In this document: positions 38,653 to 48,198 of the stretch, in pieces
Numbering within the stretch: position 1 is the first letter of the stretch
Layout of the letters: each line of letters starts with the position of its first letter
From: Rubripirellula sp.
Lineage (GTDB): Bacteria; Planctomycetota; Planctomycetia; Pirellulales; Pirellulaceae
DNA: 64,000 nucleotides
Assembly: GCA_965216875.1 (NCBI GenBank)
Contig: OZ244207.1
Coordinates: forward strand, 3,712,001-3,776,000
Reading direction: 5' to 3'
Translations under genes and position numbers: made by a program
Notes under the pieces: model-generated
Told to the model about the DNA's origin: nothing
Seen by the model: the letters and a program-made list of their open reading frames with translations, nothing else
The model's database searches: none

Positions 38653-38745
38653 CGTGAGCCGCTGGCCGTCAGGACTCGGGCCCTTTCCGACGCGCAACGG
38701 GTGTGAAGGCGATGAAGGCCCGGCCGCTAACGCGATCGCGGCTCA
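38653..38745. repeat. REP doublet (GTGAGCCG...CGGCTCA family)
   Basis: GTGAGCCGCTGGCCGTCAGGACTCGGGCC ... GGCCCGGCCGCTAACGCGATCGCGGCTCA, closely matching 39673-39765. Confidence 0.8.
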
Positions 38746-38800
38746 GTTGTGGGTGGAAACGCAACTGCAACCCGTACTCGCGCCCAGCCAACTCACACCG

Positions 38801-39229
38801 CTAGGCGTGAATCTCATGGACCGTTGCGAGTTCTTCTTCGTCAACGATCCAACCACGGCACGATTCGGTCTTGCACAGACAGGGGATCGCGGCGTCGGCA
38901 GGCCATGCGTAATCGATGGTCAATTCATCGCCCGCGGCGATCGGGGCGATCGCGTGCAGCCAAAGCTCGGGTGTTTCCGTTTCGGTCCCCCAAACGATCA
39001 GCTCGCAGTTGGGCTCGCAGCTGTGGTTTAAGAAGCGGAACGGCTCGCCGGGGACGAGTGTTTTGGCGTTCCCCAGATCGATGCAGTAGTCCGACTGGTA
39101 ATCTTCGCCATGAACGACCTCGCCGTTGATCTGCGAGATCTCATCTTCAGGCTCAAAGTCTTGCGCGGCAAAAACCGCTTGGCCAACATGGGTTTGGCGA
39201 ATGGTAACGATGTCGTTCAAGGATGGCAT
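38801..39229 (-). CDS. SET-domain protein-lysine methyltransferase with post-SET motif
   Basis: G.AVFA, RFLNHSCEPN, GDELTIDY, CLCKTESCRG. Confidence 0.92.
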   Translation of the reverse strand: MPSLNDIVTIRQTHVGQAVFAAQDFEPEDEISQINGEVVHGEDYQSDYCIDLGNAKTLVPGEPFRFLNHSCEPNCELIVWGTETETPELWLHAIAPIAAGDELTIDYAWPADAAIPCLCKTESCRGWIVDEEELATVHEIHA

Positions 39230-39470
39230 TCTGACCGGAATTCCATTTACGGACGGTGACAACAGGTTGGTAATTAACAGGACAAGACGATAGCGCCATC
39301 CCTCGATCTTGTCGAGGACTTTTCCACGCAAACTGACTCGCCACAAACTCAAAAGAAAATCGCGTCCGCAAGAACCGGTTTACAGGCACGATCGGCTCCG
39401 CTGTTTCTTCACTAGCGCCTCGCTTGGAGAGCCCCTGATGGAAGAGCAACGCGCGCGTCACTCACACTCG

Positions 39471-39765
39471 TTCGTAGTACCGAGCCATAGCCGGATTCTT
39501 CAGTCTCATCCGCCCAAGGGCGGGACTGCAAACTGGGACACCAGTACGCGATTCAATCGATCGTCTTCATGAATGGGAAGACGGCAGAAGGAGATGGAGC
39601 CTACTGCAAACCGAGAAGATGCATCGGCTGCGTTCCAGAGATTCCACAGCAAGAGTTGTTTGGGCGGAGCCCGTGAGCCGCTGGCCGTCAGGCCTCGGGC
39701 CCTTGCCGACGCGCAGCTTGGGTGAAGGCGAGTAAGGCCCGGCCGCTTACGCGATCGCGGATCAG
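39471..39765. repeat. REP doublets of two families
   Basis: GTAGTACCG... doublet at about 39474-39530 and GTGAGCCG... doublet at about 39673-39765. Confidence 0.8.
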
Positions 39766-39896
39766 CTGTGTGAACTTGGACAAGGATTTCTGCTGGTGGA
39801 AGCGCAATTGCAAACCGTAGCACCACCGAACGGCGTGAAAAAGCGGCTTCACGCAAAGAAGATTGATTGAGCACTGAAAACACGAGGTTTTCAAAG

Positions 39897-39969
39897 TGCC
39901 CCCGCAAGGGCTCGAACCTTGGACCCACGGATTAAGAGTCCGTTGCTCTACCAACTGAGCTACAGGGGC
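39897..39969 (-). tRNA. tRNA-Lys (CTT)
   Basis: GCCCCTGTAGCTCAGTTGGTAGAGCAACGGACTCTTAATCCGTGGGTCCAAGGTTCGAGCCCTTGCGGGGGCA, 73 nt, anticodon arm ACGGA-CT CTT AA-TCCGT. CCA is not encoded. Confidence 0.97.
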
Positions 39970-39994
39970 TTGTGTCTGTATTTGACACGGCAGG

Positions 39995-40003
39995 ATTGTA
40001 GCA
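39995..40003 (-). promoter_or_regulatory. Extended -10 promoter of tRNA-Lys
   Basis: TGCTACAAT (TGnTACAAT) about 25 nt upstream of the tRNA. Confidence 0.6.
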
Positions 40004-40191
40004 GGTTCGTTTGCCGTGGGAAGAGCCTTGTTGGTAGCGAATATTCGCCTCGAAAAGGGCACAAAAACGAATCAGCTCAATGACTCCCGCACACTGCCCC
40101 AGCCCAACACTCGCAGGTCATGCTCGGCATTGCCGCTACAGCTTGCCACGCTTTGCATGACCTACGAATCAGACAACCAAACCCAAAGGGC

Positions 40192-41676
40192 CTATTCAAT
40201 CAGTTCCTTGCCGGCGAAGGTCAGGTACGCCTTTAGCTTGGCATTGTCGAGGTCCTTTCGGGCAAACGTCAGCACGGAGCCATCGAGCATGAGAGCCATG
40301 ACGATGTCGCGGTCACCAAAGACGCTCGACATCGGATCGTCTTCGTCCAGAACCCAAGGTTCGGGGTTGGCCCACGCCACGGCGGCATCAGCGGGAGCGT
40401 AGATCGCCGCAATCGTGTTGGAGGTCCCATCGATCACGTCACGGAACTTGCGTGGGGGACCATCACCATGCCAAAGCGACCCGGGAAAAACGGGAGCGCG
40501 GAAACGTGTCATCACCGTTCCATTACCTGCATCCAACTGTGGGATGACCGTTTCGACGGGCGTCTTGTTCGCTGCATCGTTCCATGGCTTGTCGAGCTGA
40601 ATCGACTTGTGCAGCGCCGCTTGTTCCATGTAGGGCAACACGGTGACGCGCCAACTGTGCAACGCACGACCTTCGCGGTCGGTCAAACAACGCGGGGGCA
40701 GGTGATCGTTGGTGGCATAGTAGTTGTGCATCGCCAACCCCAATTGCTTGAGGTTGTTGATCACGACCATTCGGTCGGCCGATGCGCGAGCGGGTGCCGA
40801 GAGGTCCTTGGCGAGCTGGCCGATGGTCTCGGGGGCAGCCGACAAGGTGATTGTCGTGGCCGACACAACCACATCGACACTCTTGGCAACTTCCGGCGAA
40901 TTGGCGATGGCGCGGTCAACGACGACCTTGACCCGCTCGGTCGCCTCGGCGTCGGCGGTGTCGATGCTGATACGCACCTGCGGTTCTGGGGGCAGGTTGA
41001 CCGAAACCACGATGCGGTCGATGTCTCGAACCATCTCTTTCGGCGACAGCTGAATCGGTGCGCGATCATCAAGACGATCGGGCCACATCAGCGCCAACTC
41101 TTCGCGTGCCTCTTTGGGCAGTGCGATCACCATCGTGTGATCGAGCCGATCCTGGGCAGAAAGAGGACCGGTCAGATCGGCGCGGTCGACTCCCTTACCG
41201 TCGACCACGCGATCGACCGCCGCGCCGGCCCCACCCACCAGCACGTTGTCACCAGTGTGGACTTTCAAGTCCTTGCGCCCTGAGCCGTTCAGCAGCATTG
41301 CGGCGAGACCTTGCACCATGCTGGTGTTCTCGCAAGGAACAACAAACAGGGGACCACCGTCGGTCACCGACTGCGTCGCGCCGGTCATGTAGACATGTGA
41401 CACGCCAGCGGCCTTGAGCGAGTCAATCAAGCCCTTGCCCATGATCGCTTGCTGTTTCGCGACATCCTTGTTGCCTGCTGGGGACAACTCCAGAGTCCAC
41501 TTTGCGAGTGCTTCAACGTCGATCTTTGTGATATCGATGTCGATGACCCCAAGTGTGCCCGATTCGATGTAGGGCGAAATCCCGTCGCTTTGTTGTGCTT
41601 GTAGTTGTTGTGCATTTCCGTTGACACCGATGGCCAACAAGGCTGCAACCAGAAGTGGAAAACATCGAAGTTTCAT
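40192..41676 (-). CDS. DUF1559 domain-containing secreted protein
   Basis: Signal peptide, NNLKQLGLAMHNY, SWRVTVLPYME, DGTSNTI, MLDGSV. Start overlaps the upstream stop. Confidence 0.9.
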   Translation of the reverse strand: MKLRCFPLLVAALLAIGVNGNAQQLQAQQSDGISPYIESGTLGVIDIDITKIDVEALAKWTLELSPAGNKDVAKQQAIMGKGLIDSLKAAGVSHVYMTGATQSVTDGGPLFVVPCENTSMVQGLAAMLLNGSGRKDLKVHTGDNVLVGGAGAAVDRVVDGKGVDRADLTGPLSAQDRLDHTMVIALPKEAREELALMWPDRLDDRAPIQLSPKEMVRDIDRIVVSVNLPPEPQVRISIDTADAEATERVKVVVDRAIANSPEVAKSVDVVVSATTITLSAAPETIGQLAKDLSAPARASADRMVVINNLKQLGLAMHNYYATNDHLPPRCLTDREGRALHSWRVTVLPYMEQAALHKSIQLDKPWNDAANKTPVETVIPQLDAGNGTVMTRFRAPVFPGSLWHGDGPPRKFRDVIDGTSNTIAAIYAPADAAVAWANPEPWVLDEDDPMSSVFGDRDIVMALMLDGSVLTFARKDLDNAKLKAYLTFAGKELIE

Positions 41677-43187
41677 CAGTGGTCTCCTTTCTTGAGTTCG
41701 ATATGAAAGACGGTTTGATCGTCGCCAGGCCATTGCGGGGCACGCATGAGCGTTGCCGTTGTCAGCGACGTACGTTGATACACGAAGGGGCCTCGAGCCA
41801 AGGGGTCGTGCCAAGCGGGGACAGGCCGCAAGTCTTCGATCGAAGTTGGCAGTTCATCATCTTCGGCTGCATGCATTCGGAGCGATTCGAGGCAGAGAAG
41901 GAAGTTGCGAGTCTGGTTCGTTCGCACACCCGCACGCCGTGCCGCTGCAATCGCGGGAGTGAACATGATCGCAATCTGTTGCATTTGGTCGGCGGCATTC
42001 ACAGGCTCCATCGACGCCTGACGTTCCTTCGAAAACTCATCGTAGACTTCAGGTGGAAGCAAAGCCCATTTGACCCATCGATCTCGAACGCGGGCCAAAC
42101 TCAAGTGGGTCGCACGCAAAACGGCTTCGGGAGCCGAAAGCTCGTAGGCTCGCTCGCCCCAATCGGTGGACTCGGCCAAAATCTTGCGTGACGCGTCGGC
42201 CATGGTGACGACGTACACGCCCGAAAGCAGCTGAGCATCAATATCACCTTTGCCAAAGCCAGCCGACATCAACGATTGAACTTCATTGGCGAGTTCGCGG
42301 ATGTGTTGACGCGAGACTTCAGGACCAATCGGATCGTCAGACAGTTCCTGAACGGGCTGAATGAATCTTGAGATGAGTACCGATTCGAATTCGATCGAGT
42401 CTCGCGTTTCAAAAAGCCGCGTCTCGGGCAGGCTTGCCAGTGCCCAGTAGAAGTTGGGACACCCCGGTCGTTGGATCGCTTCGAGGACCGAGTCCATCGC
42501 CATGCGTGAAATGGCAAAGCCCACCAAACGCCCAACGAGAAACTCGGTGCTGTGACCGGCAACCTCGGCCAGGCGGAAGCCAAGCCGAACATCATGCTCG
42601 ACGTCCTCCCAACGCTCTTCGACGATCGCAAGTCGAATTCGAAGCCGCAACATCCTCGCGAGCTCACGCATCTCTTGAAATTCAGGCAACAGCGTTGCGA
42701 TCATTTCGGATGCGGAAAGGTTGTCGAGTTGGATGTCGTATTCGAGCCGCATGTGATTCTCGGCCCGTTCAAGTTCGCCGAGCGCCGTCGCCGCAAACTT
42801 GTTTAGGAACTCGCGTACCTCTTCCTTGGGCAATTGGTCCAGGGGCATCTTGGACCACTCGTTGTAGCGATCGGCAACCTCGCGTCTGCCTTTCTCGCTG
42901 TGGCGATTGTTCATCGAGATGATGACAGCGCGATTGACCAACGGCAGCGGGTTGTCATCGAGTCGATCGGCCGGGTCTGGCCAAAACCGATAACGGAGTG
43001 CCGGATCGGGTTCGGCCGCTTGATACAACTGCAGTGTTTTGACTTTGTTCTTGGCTTGATTTGCGTCCGCCTTTGCGTCTCGCAGCGACGGTGCCAAGAG
43101 TTTCTGAGCGTGCAGGTTCACACAGGGTGTCAAACCCATGATCGGAACCAACGCGATCAAAGTTACCAATAGACGTACCTTCATCAT
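41676..43187 (-). CDS. Secreted helical hypothetical protein
   Basis: Signal peptide, EPDPALRYRF, PNFYWALASLP, ESLRMHAA...LP......PVPAW.DP. Confidence 0.82.
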   Translation of the reverse strand: MMKVRLLVTLIALVPIMGLTPCVNLHAQKLLAPSLRDAKADANQAKNKVKTLQLYQAAEPDPALRYRFWPDPADRLDDNPLPLVNRAVIISMNNRHSEKGRREVADRYNEWSKMPLDQLPKEEVREFLNKFAATALGELERAENHMRLEYDIQLDNLSASEMIATLLPEFQEMRELARMLRLRIRLAIVEERWEDVEHDVRLGFRLAEVAGHSTEFLVGRLVGFAISRMAMDSVLEAIQRPGCPNFYWALASLPETRLFETRDSIEFESVLISRFIQPVQELSDDPIGPEVSRQHIRELANEVQSLMSAGFGKGDIDAQLLSGVYVVTMADASRKILAESTDWGERAYELSAPEAVLRATHLSLARVRDRWVKWALLPPEVYDEFSKERQASMEPVNAADQMQQIAIMFTPAIAAARRAGVRTNQTRNFLLCLESLRMHAAEDDELPTSIEDLRPVPAWHDPLARGPFVYQRTSLTTATLMRAPQWPGDDQTVFHIELKKGDH

Positions 43188-43258
43188 CTCCCTCTTATTC
43201 ACAGACGAATCCCCTTGCTCAGCAGCCGATGCCGCGAGCCTTGATCTCTAATAACAAC

Positions 43259-43966
43259 TCACTCGTGCGAACCAAAGTCGCGAGCGAGCTCTGGCAGGTC
43301 GACCGCAGCAAGCGGTTTGCCCTCGAGCCGTTTACTCGGCTCTTCTTGGTCGGACTCCGACAGAGGCAGCGCGTGTGCACTGGCAGGTCCAATCCCAAAC
43401 GCATCGAGCCAACCGTGGTCGGACTCTCGATGTGTGACAAGTGTGGCGTGCAGTGGCATCAAGCCGTTGTGTGTGTTTGGCACAAATTGACTGCGGGCCA
43501 CAAGCGGACGAGCCGAGGGCCAGATGTCCGGCGATGGTTCACTTGAACGCTGCTCTGGCTCGGTGGTTTGGTCCGCTTCGACGTCCTCGACAGCTCGTTT
43601 CCCGTCAGGCCTATTTTGAGCACCCGTCTCTTCACGCGGGCTGCCTGAGTCGTCGCGTCCCTCATTGGGGTTCGCAACGTGATCGCTCGCGTTTTCAATC
43701 GGCGAGACCGCGACCATCGTCCCTTGGTCATCACCTCGTCCCAGCATGTAGCCCGCCGGTGCCGCGATCACGGCAAACAACATCGCGGCAGCGGAAACCA
43801 GCCAACCATGACTTGCAGGTCGCGTCTCTTCCGCTCCGGCGCGTCGGCCTGCTTCAAAAAAGAGCTGACTGACATCGATCGATGACGAAGCCGACGCCGG
43901 CACAAACCGCTGCAGCGACTCGGTCAACGCTTCGCTGTCCTCAGGATTTTGAAAGTCGGAATTCAT
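43259..43966 (-). CDS. Putative single-pass anti-sigma factor
   Basis: LQRFVP...LFFEAGRRA, one TM and a low-complexity tail. Directly downstream of an ECF gene. Confidence 0.7.
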   Translation of the reverse strand: MNSDFQNPEDSEALTESLQRFVPASASSSIDVSQLFFEAGRRAGAEETRPASHGWLVSAAAMLFAVIAAPAGYMLGRGDDQGTMVAVSPIENASDHVANPNEGRDDSGSPREETGAQNRPDGKRAVEDVEADQTTEPEQRSSEPSPDIWPSARPLVARSQFVPNTHNGLMPLHATLVTHRESDHGWLDAFGIGPASAHALPLSESDQEEPSKRLEGKPLAAVDLPELARDFGSHE

Positions 43967-43976
43967 TTTTGTAGCC

Positions 43977-44495
43977 TCACGATAACGACGACGCATCACC
44001 GCTTAATGCGGACGGCACAGACTCTTGTCCGAACCGTTGTTTCAATGTCTCCAGTCCTCGGCGAAACGTTCGATGTGATTTCGCCCGAGAGCCTCCCACC
44101 ACTTTTGCGATTGCCTCGAAGGTCATCTCGCCCCACAAATGCATCACAATCACTTCACGGTCAGGTGATGGAAGTTGCTGCAGTGCCTGCGTGACCTCGG
44201 CAGCGTCGATCCGTTGCTGGGCCGACATCGCTTCGTGTTCGAACCAAGGTCGATCACAAACCAGCGACTCGCGTTGGCGGCGGCGGCGGCCACTGCGATG
44301 CCATTGCATGAGCCGGTTCCGAGTGACGCGAACGAGCCACGCCATCGGGTCGTCGGGAAGCTTCTTTTCGGTCGCCAGCGAAATGAACGCTTCCTGCACA
44401 GCATCTTCAGCAGGACCACCAATCGATCGTGCAATCAGCAACAATCGATCGGAGTGCTCCTCCCAAAGCTCGGCAAGAAGGTTCGCTTCGATCAC
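43977..44495 (-). CDS. ECF sigma-70 factor
   Basis: AEDAVQEAF, AWLVRVTRN, DREVIVMHLWGEMTFEAIA. Confidence 0.92.
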   Translation of the reverse strand: MIEANLLAELWEEHSDRLLLIARSIGGPAEDAVQEAFISLATEKKLPDDPMAWLVRVTRNRLMQWHRSGRRRRQRESLVCDRPWFEHEAMSAQQRIDAAEVTQALQQLPSPDREVIVMHLWGEMTFEAIAKVVGGSRAKSHRTFRRGLETLKQRFGQESVPSALSGDASSLS

Positions 44496-44633
44496 GACCG
44501 GAAAAATCCCTCACTGGAGCTGGCTCGAACAATCATTCGTTGGTTGTTTGCCACAAGGATGCCACCACTGCCGAGCCGTCTCAGAGAATCGTAAGAAAAG
44601 TTCCAAAAAGTAGTTTAACTGGTGTCGCGCAAC

Positions 44634-44962
44634 GTGAGCCGGAGTGGTTCGTGGTACCGAGCTTTAGCCGGAATCTGCAAGCTCATCCGCCTAAGGGCGG
44701 GACTACAAAAGGTGTCGACCGTGGGGATCAAGGCCCGGCCGCTTACGCGATCACGGCTGATGGGGAGTGGCCAGGCCGCGGAGCGGCGAAGAGCGTGTGA
44801 CCACGGGGACCGTCGGCACAAGGGCCGCTGGCAGTTCGTAGTACCGAGCTTTAGCCGGAATCTGCAAACCCTTCCGCCTAAAGGCGGGACTACAAACACT
44901 AAAGGCGGGACTACAAACAACGAGTCTTAGCCGGAATCTGCAAGCGTTTCCGCCTAAGGGCC
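44634..44962. repeat. BIME-like REP cluster
   Basis: GT(A/G)GTACCGAGCTTTAGCCGG...GGCGGGACTAC doublets at about 44651 and 44838, a duplicated CTAAAGGCGGGACTACAAACA end, and a truncated third copy. Confidence 0.85.
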
Positions 44963-44966
44963 AGAC

Positions 44967-45980
44967 CTACAACGGGATGCGGCGGCCTTCGTCTTCACTC
45001 TGCTGGGCGGCGGCGAGGATCGACGCCGCGCGGTAAGCATCATTCAGGTCGCTCATCTTCCGGACCAGGCTGGTGACACTGCGATGAAACTGTGTCAGCA
45101 GCTGCTCGCCAACGGGCAGCTCGGTTTCGAGGGATTCCAGATGACGCCCCGCATCGTCAAACCAAACGAGATTGGAAGGCAAGTCAATGAAGGCCACACC
45201 GCGCTGACACCGAATTTGCAGTGCCGAGGGCGGACGAAAACTAATCGCTTCATGCCACTTCGAGGGAATGTAGCTACCGCAGCTGATCTGCGCGGTCACG
45301 GGAGGCGAATCGTCGGTGCCTGCAAACTGAAGCGACAGACTGCGGTAGTCCGTTTTGCGAATCGCGTCTTCGCCCAACGGATCTTCGCCGAAATGCTGAC
45401 CGGTCGAGACCACACTTTCCGGTTCGCGATCAACGACGTAGCGGCACCAGTCGACCAACTCGACCAATTCGCGATTGGTTGGATCACTCGTCGATTGGCA
45501 CCCCGGCTCGGGTTCGGGAATGCGGCTATGACAAAAGACCAAGCGTGGTTGGCCGAGCCGCGTCGCAATCAGCTCTTTCAGCCGGAGCGTTGCCGGAGCA
45601 AGACGCCTCGGAAACTCCGTCATGAACGCCACGCCCGAGTCTTCAATCGCTTCGCGGACCTTGGCATCCCGCCGCGGGTCAAAATCCAAGTCGGCCGCCC
45701 AGTAGATCGCCTTGCCCGCCTCACACGCGGCAAGCATCGGCAACCAGCCGAGCCAAGATCGCTTCAAGATCATCACTGCGTCGATGTCATGCCTGGAGAC
45801 CAACGCACGAAACCCATCAACGGCATCCGCCTGGAATTCGGCCGCCGAGTTTTCGGCCAATTTGGTCACCGTTGAAAAGACGGCGCGAACATCAAAACGA
45901 TCGTGCAACATCCGCAAAGCGGGGCGATGCCGAGTCTGCCAGGCGTCTCCAAGCCCAATCAATCCGACGCGCAATTTCAT
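44967..45980 (-). CDS. Gfo/Idh/MocA family oxidoreductase-like protein
   Basis: MKLRVGLIGLG Rossmann start, DIDAV, ACEAGKAIY. Confidence 0.85.
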   Translation of the reverse strand: MKLRVGLIGLGDAWQTRHRPALRMLHDRFDVRAVFSTVTKLAENSAAEFQADAVDGFRALVSRHDIDAVMILKRSWLGWLPMLAACEAGKAIYWAADLDFDPRRDAKVREAIEDSGVAFMTEFPRRLAPATLRLKELIATRLGQPRLVFCHSRIPEPEPGCQSTSDPTNRELVELVDWCRYVVDREPESVVSTGQHFGEDPLGEDAIRKTDYRSLSLQFAGTDDSPPVTAQISCGSYIPSKWHEAISFRPPSALQIRCQRGVAFIDLPSNLVWFDDAGRHLESLETELPVGEQLLTQFHRSVTSLVRKMSDLNDAYRAASILAAAQQSEDEGRRIPL

Positions 45981-46209
45981 CCGCAAACCGCCTGTTCCGA
46001 TGAACTGTCGTACATTTGATAGCAATGTGAAGAAGACATTTTTCTACCCTCCTTGCTTGAGGGTGCAACAATTTGACGCATCGATTTGGTATGCCCCAAG
46101 TCGAGTCAGGAACTTAGTTTAGCGTCCCCGTAGCCGGCCTGAGTATCTGCTTTGCTGAAATTATGTCGCAGGCGGTTTGGCCGAATCTCGATTTTCAGCG
46201 GCGCCACCC

Positions 46210-46237
46210 TTGATGGCCCCAAGGGCATCCCTACAAT
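46210..46237 (+). promoter_or_regulatory. Putative sigma-70 promoter
   Basis: TTGATG-16 nt-TACAAT, about 320 nt upstream of the thioredoxin-like gene. Confidence 0.5.
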
Positions 46238-46297
46238 CCGCCCAACTTAACGCGGATGCCTGACCGGATTGCTTTTGCTAGCTTTCCGAATGTTGCA

Positions 46298-46526
46298 TCT
46301 CAGGAGGGTGCGCCGGGAAGGACCGAGGTTGGTCGTTCCCGTGGAGACTGCACCGAGTTTGCCCAGCTTTCGTAGCGATGTGATGCTGCGGGCAAACCTG
46401 CCAAGGAGCAGGCTGGGCACGACAGGAGTTTCGTTTGACGCCCAAGCGGTCCTAGTTTCATCGATGTGCTGGCATCCAAATCGCCAGCATCTACTGCAAT
46501 CGGCAAGGTGCCGATTCCGCCTGGGA
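46298..46526 (+). ncRNA. Candidate multi-stem structured RNA or 5' leader
   Basis: Closing helix TCTCAGG/CCTGGGA encloses six hairpins and ends about 18 nt before the GAGGGAG RBS (details in findings). Confidence 0.55.
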
Positions 46527-46555
46527 AGTCTTTCCTTGATTAGAGGGAGTTTGGA

Positions 46556-46954
46556 ATGGTTTCGTTGCTGTTAGCCATGGTGCTTTCAACAGTACCAAGT
46601 GAACAACAAGTGCAACAAAACTACGCGGATGCCTACAAGAAGTCGGTCGCCGAGGGGAAACCACTGATGGTGGTTGTCTCGGCACCTTGGTGCCCTGCTT
46701 GCAATGTCTTGAAGGACACCACGATCCGCTCGATGGCCCAAAATGGCGAATTGGATGAAGTCAGCCTGACGGTCATCAATCGTGACGAAGAGCCTCAGTT
46801 GGCTCAACAATTGACGAAGGGCGACCAGATGTTGCCCCAAATCATTGTCTTCTCTCAGGAAGAGAGCGGCAGTTGGAAACGCCGCCGCCTGACAGGCTAT
46901 CAGCCTCGCCAGCCAATCCGTTCGTTGATTCGACGAGCGCTTGGACGCGGCTAA
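46556..46954 (+). CDS. Thioredoxin-fold protein, probably exported
   Basis: GKPLMVVVSAPWCPAC, a hydrophobic N-terminus and a strong RBS. Confidence 0.88.
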   Translation: MVSLLLAMVLSTVPSEQQVQQNYADAYKKSVAEGKPLMVVVSAPWCPACNVLKDTTIRSMAQNGELDEVSLTVINRDEEPQLAQQLTKGDQMLPQIIVFSQEESGSWKRRRLTGYQPRQPIRSLIRRALGRG

Positions 46955-47157
46955 GCTAGAAGGCAATTCTGACACGCGGGAGTTCGGCTGGGTTCTCCCG
47001 CGTTTCGGACAAGTTGTTGCCCCATTGGACCAGTGCGGACTAGTAAGGAACGGTCCAGTGATGGACGGTCCGGGAAGGACTGGACCGGTGATGGACGCCC
47101 TTGCGTTGCGGTTGGTACAACGTGGCTGTTGTTTTTATCCACACCCGATGCCGCAGT

Positions 47158-48099
47158 ATGCCCGATCCTGATCAGCCAGCCGAAAACTCGATGTCCATTC
47201 GAATCGGGCACTGGCTGAGCATGATTCGGTTCAGCCACACAATCTTTGCCCTGCCGTTTGCCGCATTGGCGACCGTGATGGCGTTGACGACCGACCTGCC
47301 ATCGGGTCAACGTCCCGATTTGCGAATTCGCGATTTGGTCGGCATCTTGCTCTGCATGGTGCTAGCGCGTAGTGCGGCGATGGCGTTCAATCGACTTGTC
47401 GATCATAAAATCGATGCCGAAAACCCTCGTACCGCTGGCCGACATTTGCCGGCAGGCATCCTTTCGCGAGGCGAAGTGCTCGGCTTCACCCTTGCCTGCA
47501 GCATCGGATTCATCGCAGCGACGGCGATCTTTTTGCCGAATCCCGTTCCACTGATCGCATCGATTCCGGTGCTGGCATTCCTGTGTGGCTACAGCTTGGC
47601 CAAGCGGTTCACTTCGGCCGCTCACCTTTGGCTTGGCGTTGCGCTGAGCCTATCGCCGCTGTGCGCCTGGGTCGCCATACGAGGCCCCGAATCGGTAACC
47701 AATCCAACGGACCTGTTTGCTCCATTGGTTCTCGCAGCAGCGGTTGCCGCCTGGGTGACTGGCTTCGACATCATCTACGCCTGCCAGGACGCCCAGTACG
47801 ACGCGGGGGTTGGGCTGCACAGCATCCCCGCTCGGTTTGGAGTCGCCGGTGCATTGCGAATTGCCGCCGGGTTCCACATGGCGATGCTTGGATTATTGGC
47901 ACTTCTGCCACTGACCGCTGCGGGCTTTGGGATCGCATTTTGGGCGGTTTTGGTCGTGATCACGCTGCTTGTGATTCGCCAACATTGGCTTGTTCGGCCT
48001 GGTGACCTGGGACGGGTCAATGAAGCCTTCTTTCACACAAACGCGGCAATTAGCCTGATTTTGTTGGTCATTGGGACGATCGACTGCTGCCTGATCTGA
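47158..48099 (+). CDS. UbiA family polyprenyltransferase (MqnP-like, menaquinone futalosine pathway)
   Basis: IRFSHTIFALPFA, NRLVDHKIDAENPRT, GFDIIYACQD. Adjacent to mqnE. Confidence 0.9.
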   Translation: MPDPDQPAENSMSIRIGHWLSMIRFSHTIFALPFAALATVMALTTDLPSGQRPDLRIRDLVGILLCMVLARSAAMAFNRLVDHKIDAENPRTAGRHLPAGILSRGEVLGFTLACSIGFIAATAIFLPNPVPLIASIPVLAFLCGYSLAKRFTSAAHLWLGVALSLSPLCAWVAIRGPESVTNPTDLFAPLVLAAAVAAWVTGFDIIYACQDAQYDAGVGLHSIPARFGVAGALRIAAGFHMAMLGLLALLPLTAAGFGIAFWAVLVVITLLVIRQHWLVRPGDLGRVNEAFFHTNAAISLILLVIGTIDCCLI

Positions 48100-48198
48100 T
48101 CGTCGAAGCCGATTGGTCCCATTTGTGGTGGTTGTCTCCGTCGCTGGTCTGCGGTTCTAATCCTCAGCTTGGACGCCCAAATCAAAGAAACGTGATTG

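Noticed and set aside
36576..39969. Possible tRNA-Lys-anchored genomic island (CGGGGGCACT at ~36576 resembles the tRNA 3' end)
   Set aside because: The match is only about 10 bp, is inverted rather than direct relative to the tRNA, and no integrase is present.
44615..44930. Short ORFs of the 'FVVPPLGG / PPKGGTT' type (also near 39506, 55017 and 55151)
   Set aside because: These are translations of REP elements, not genes.
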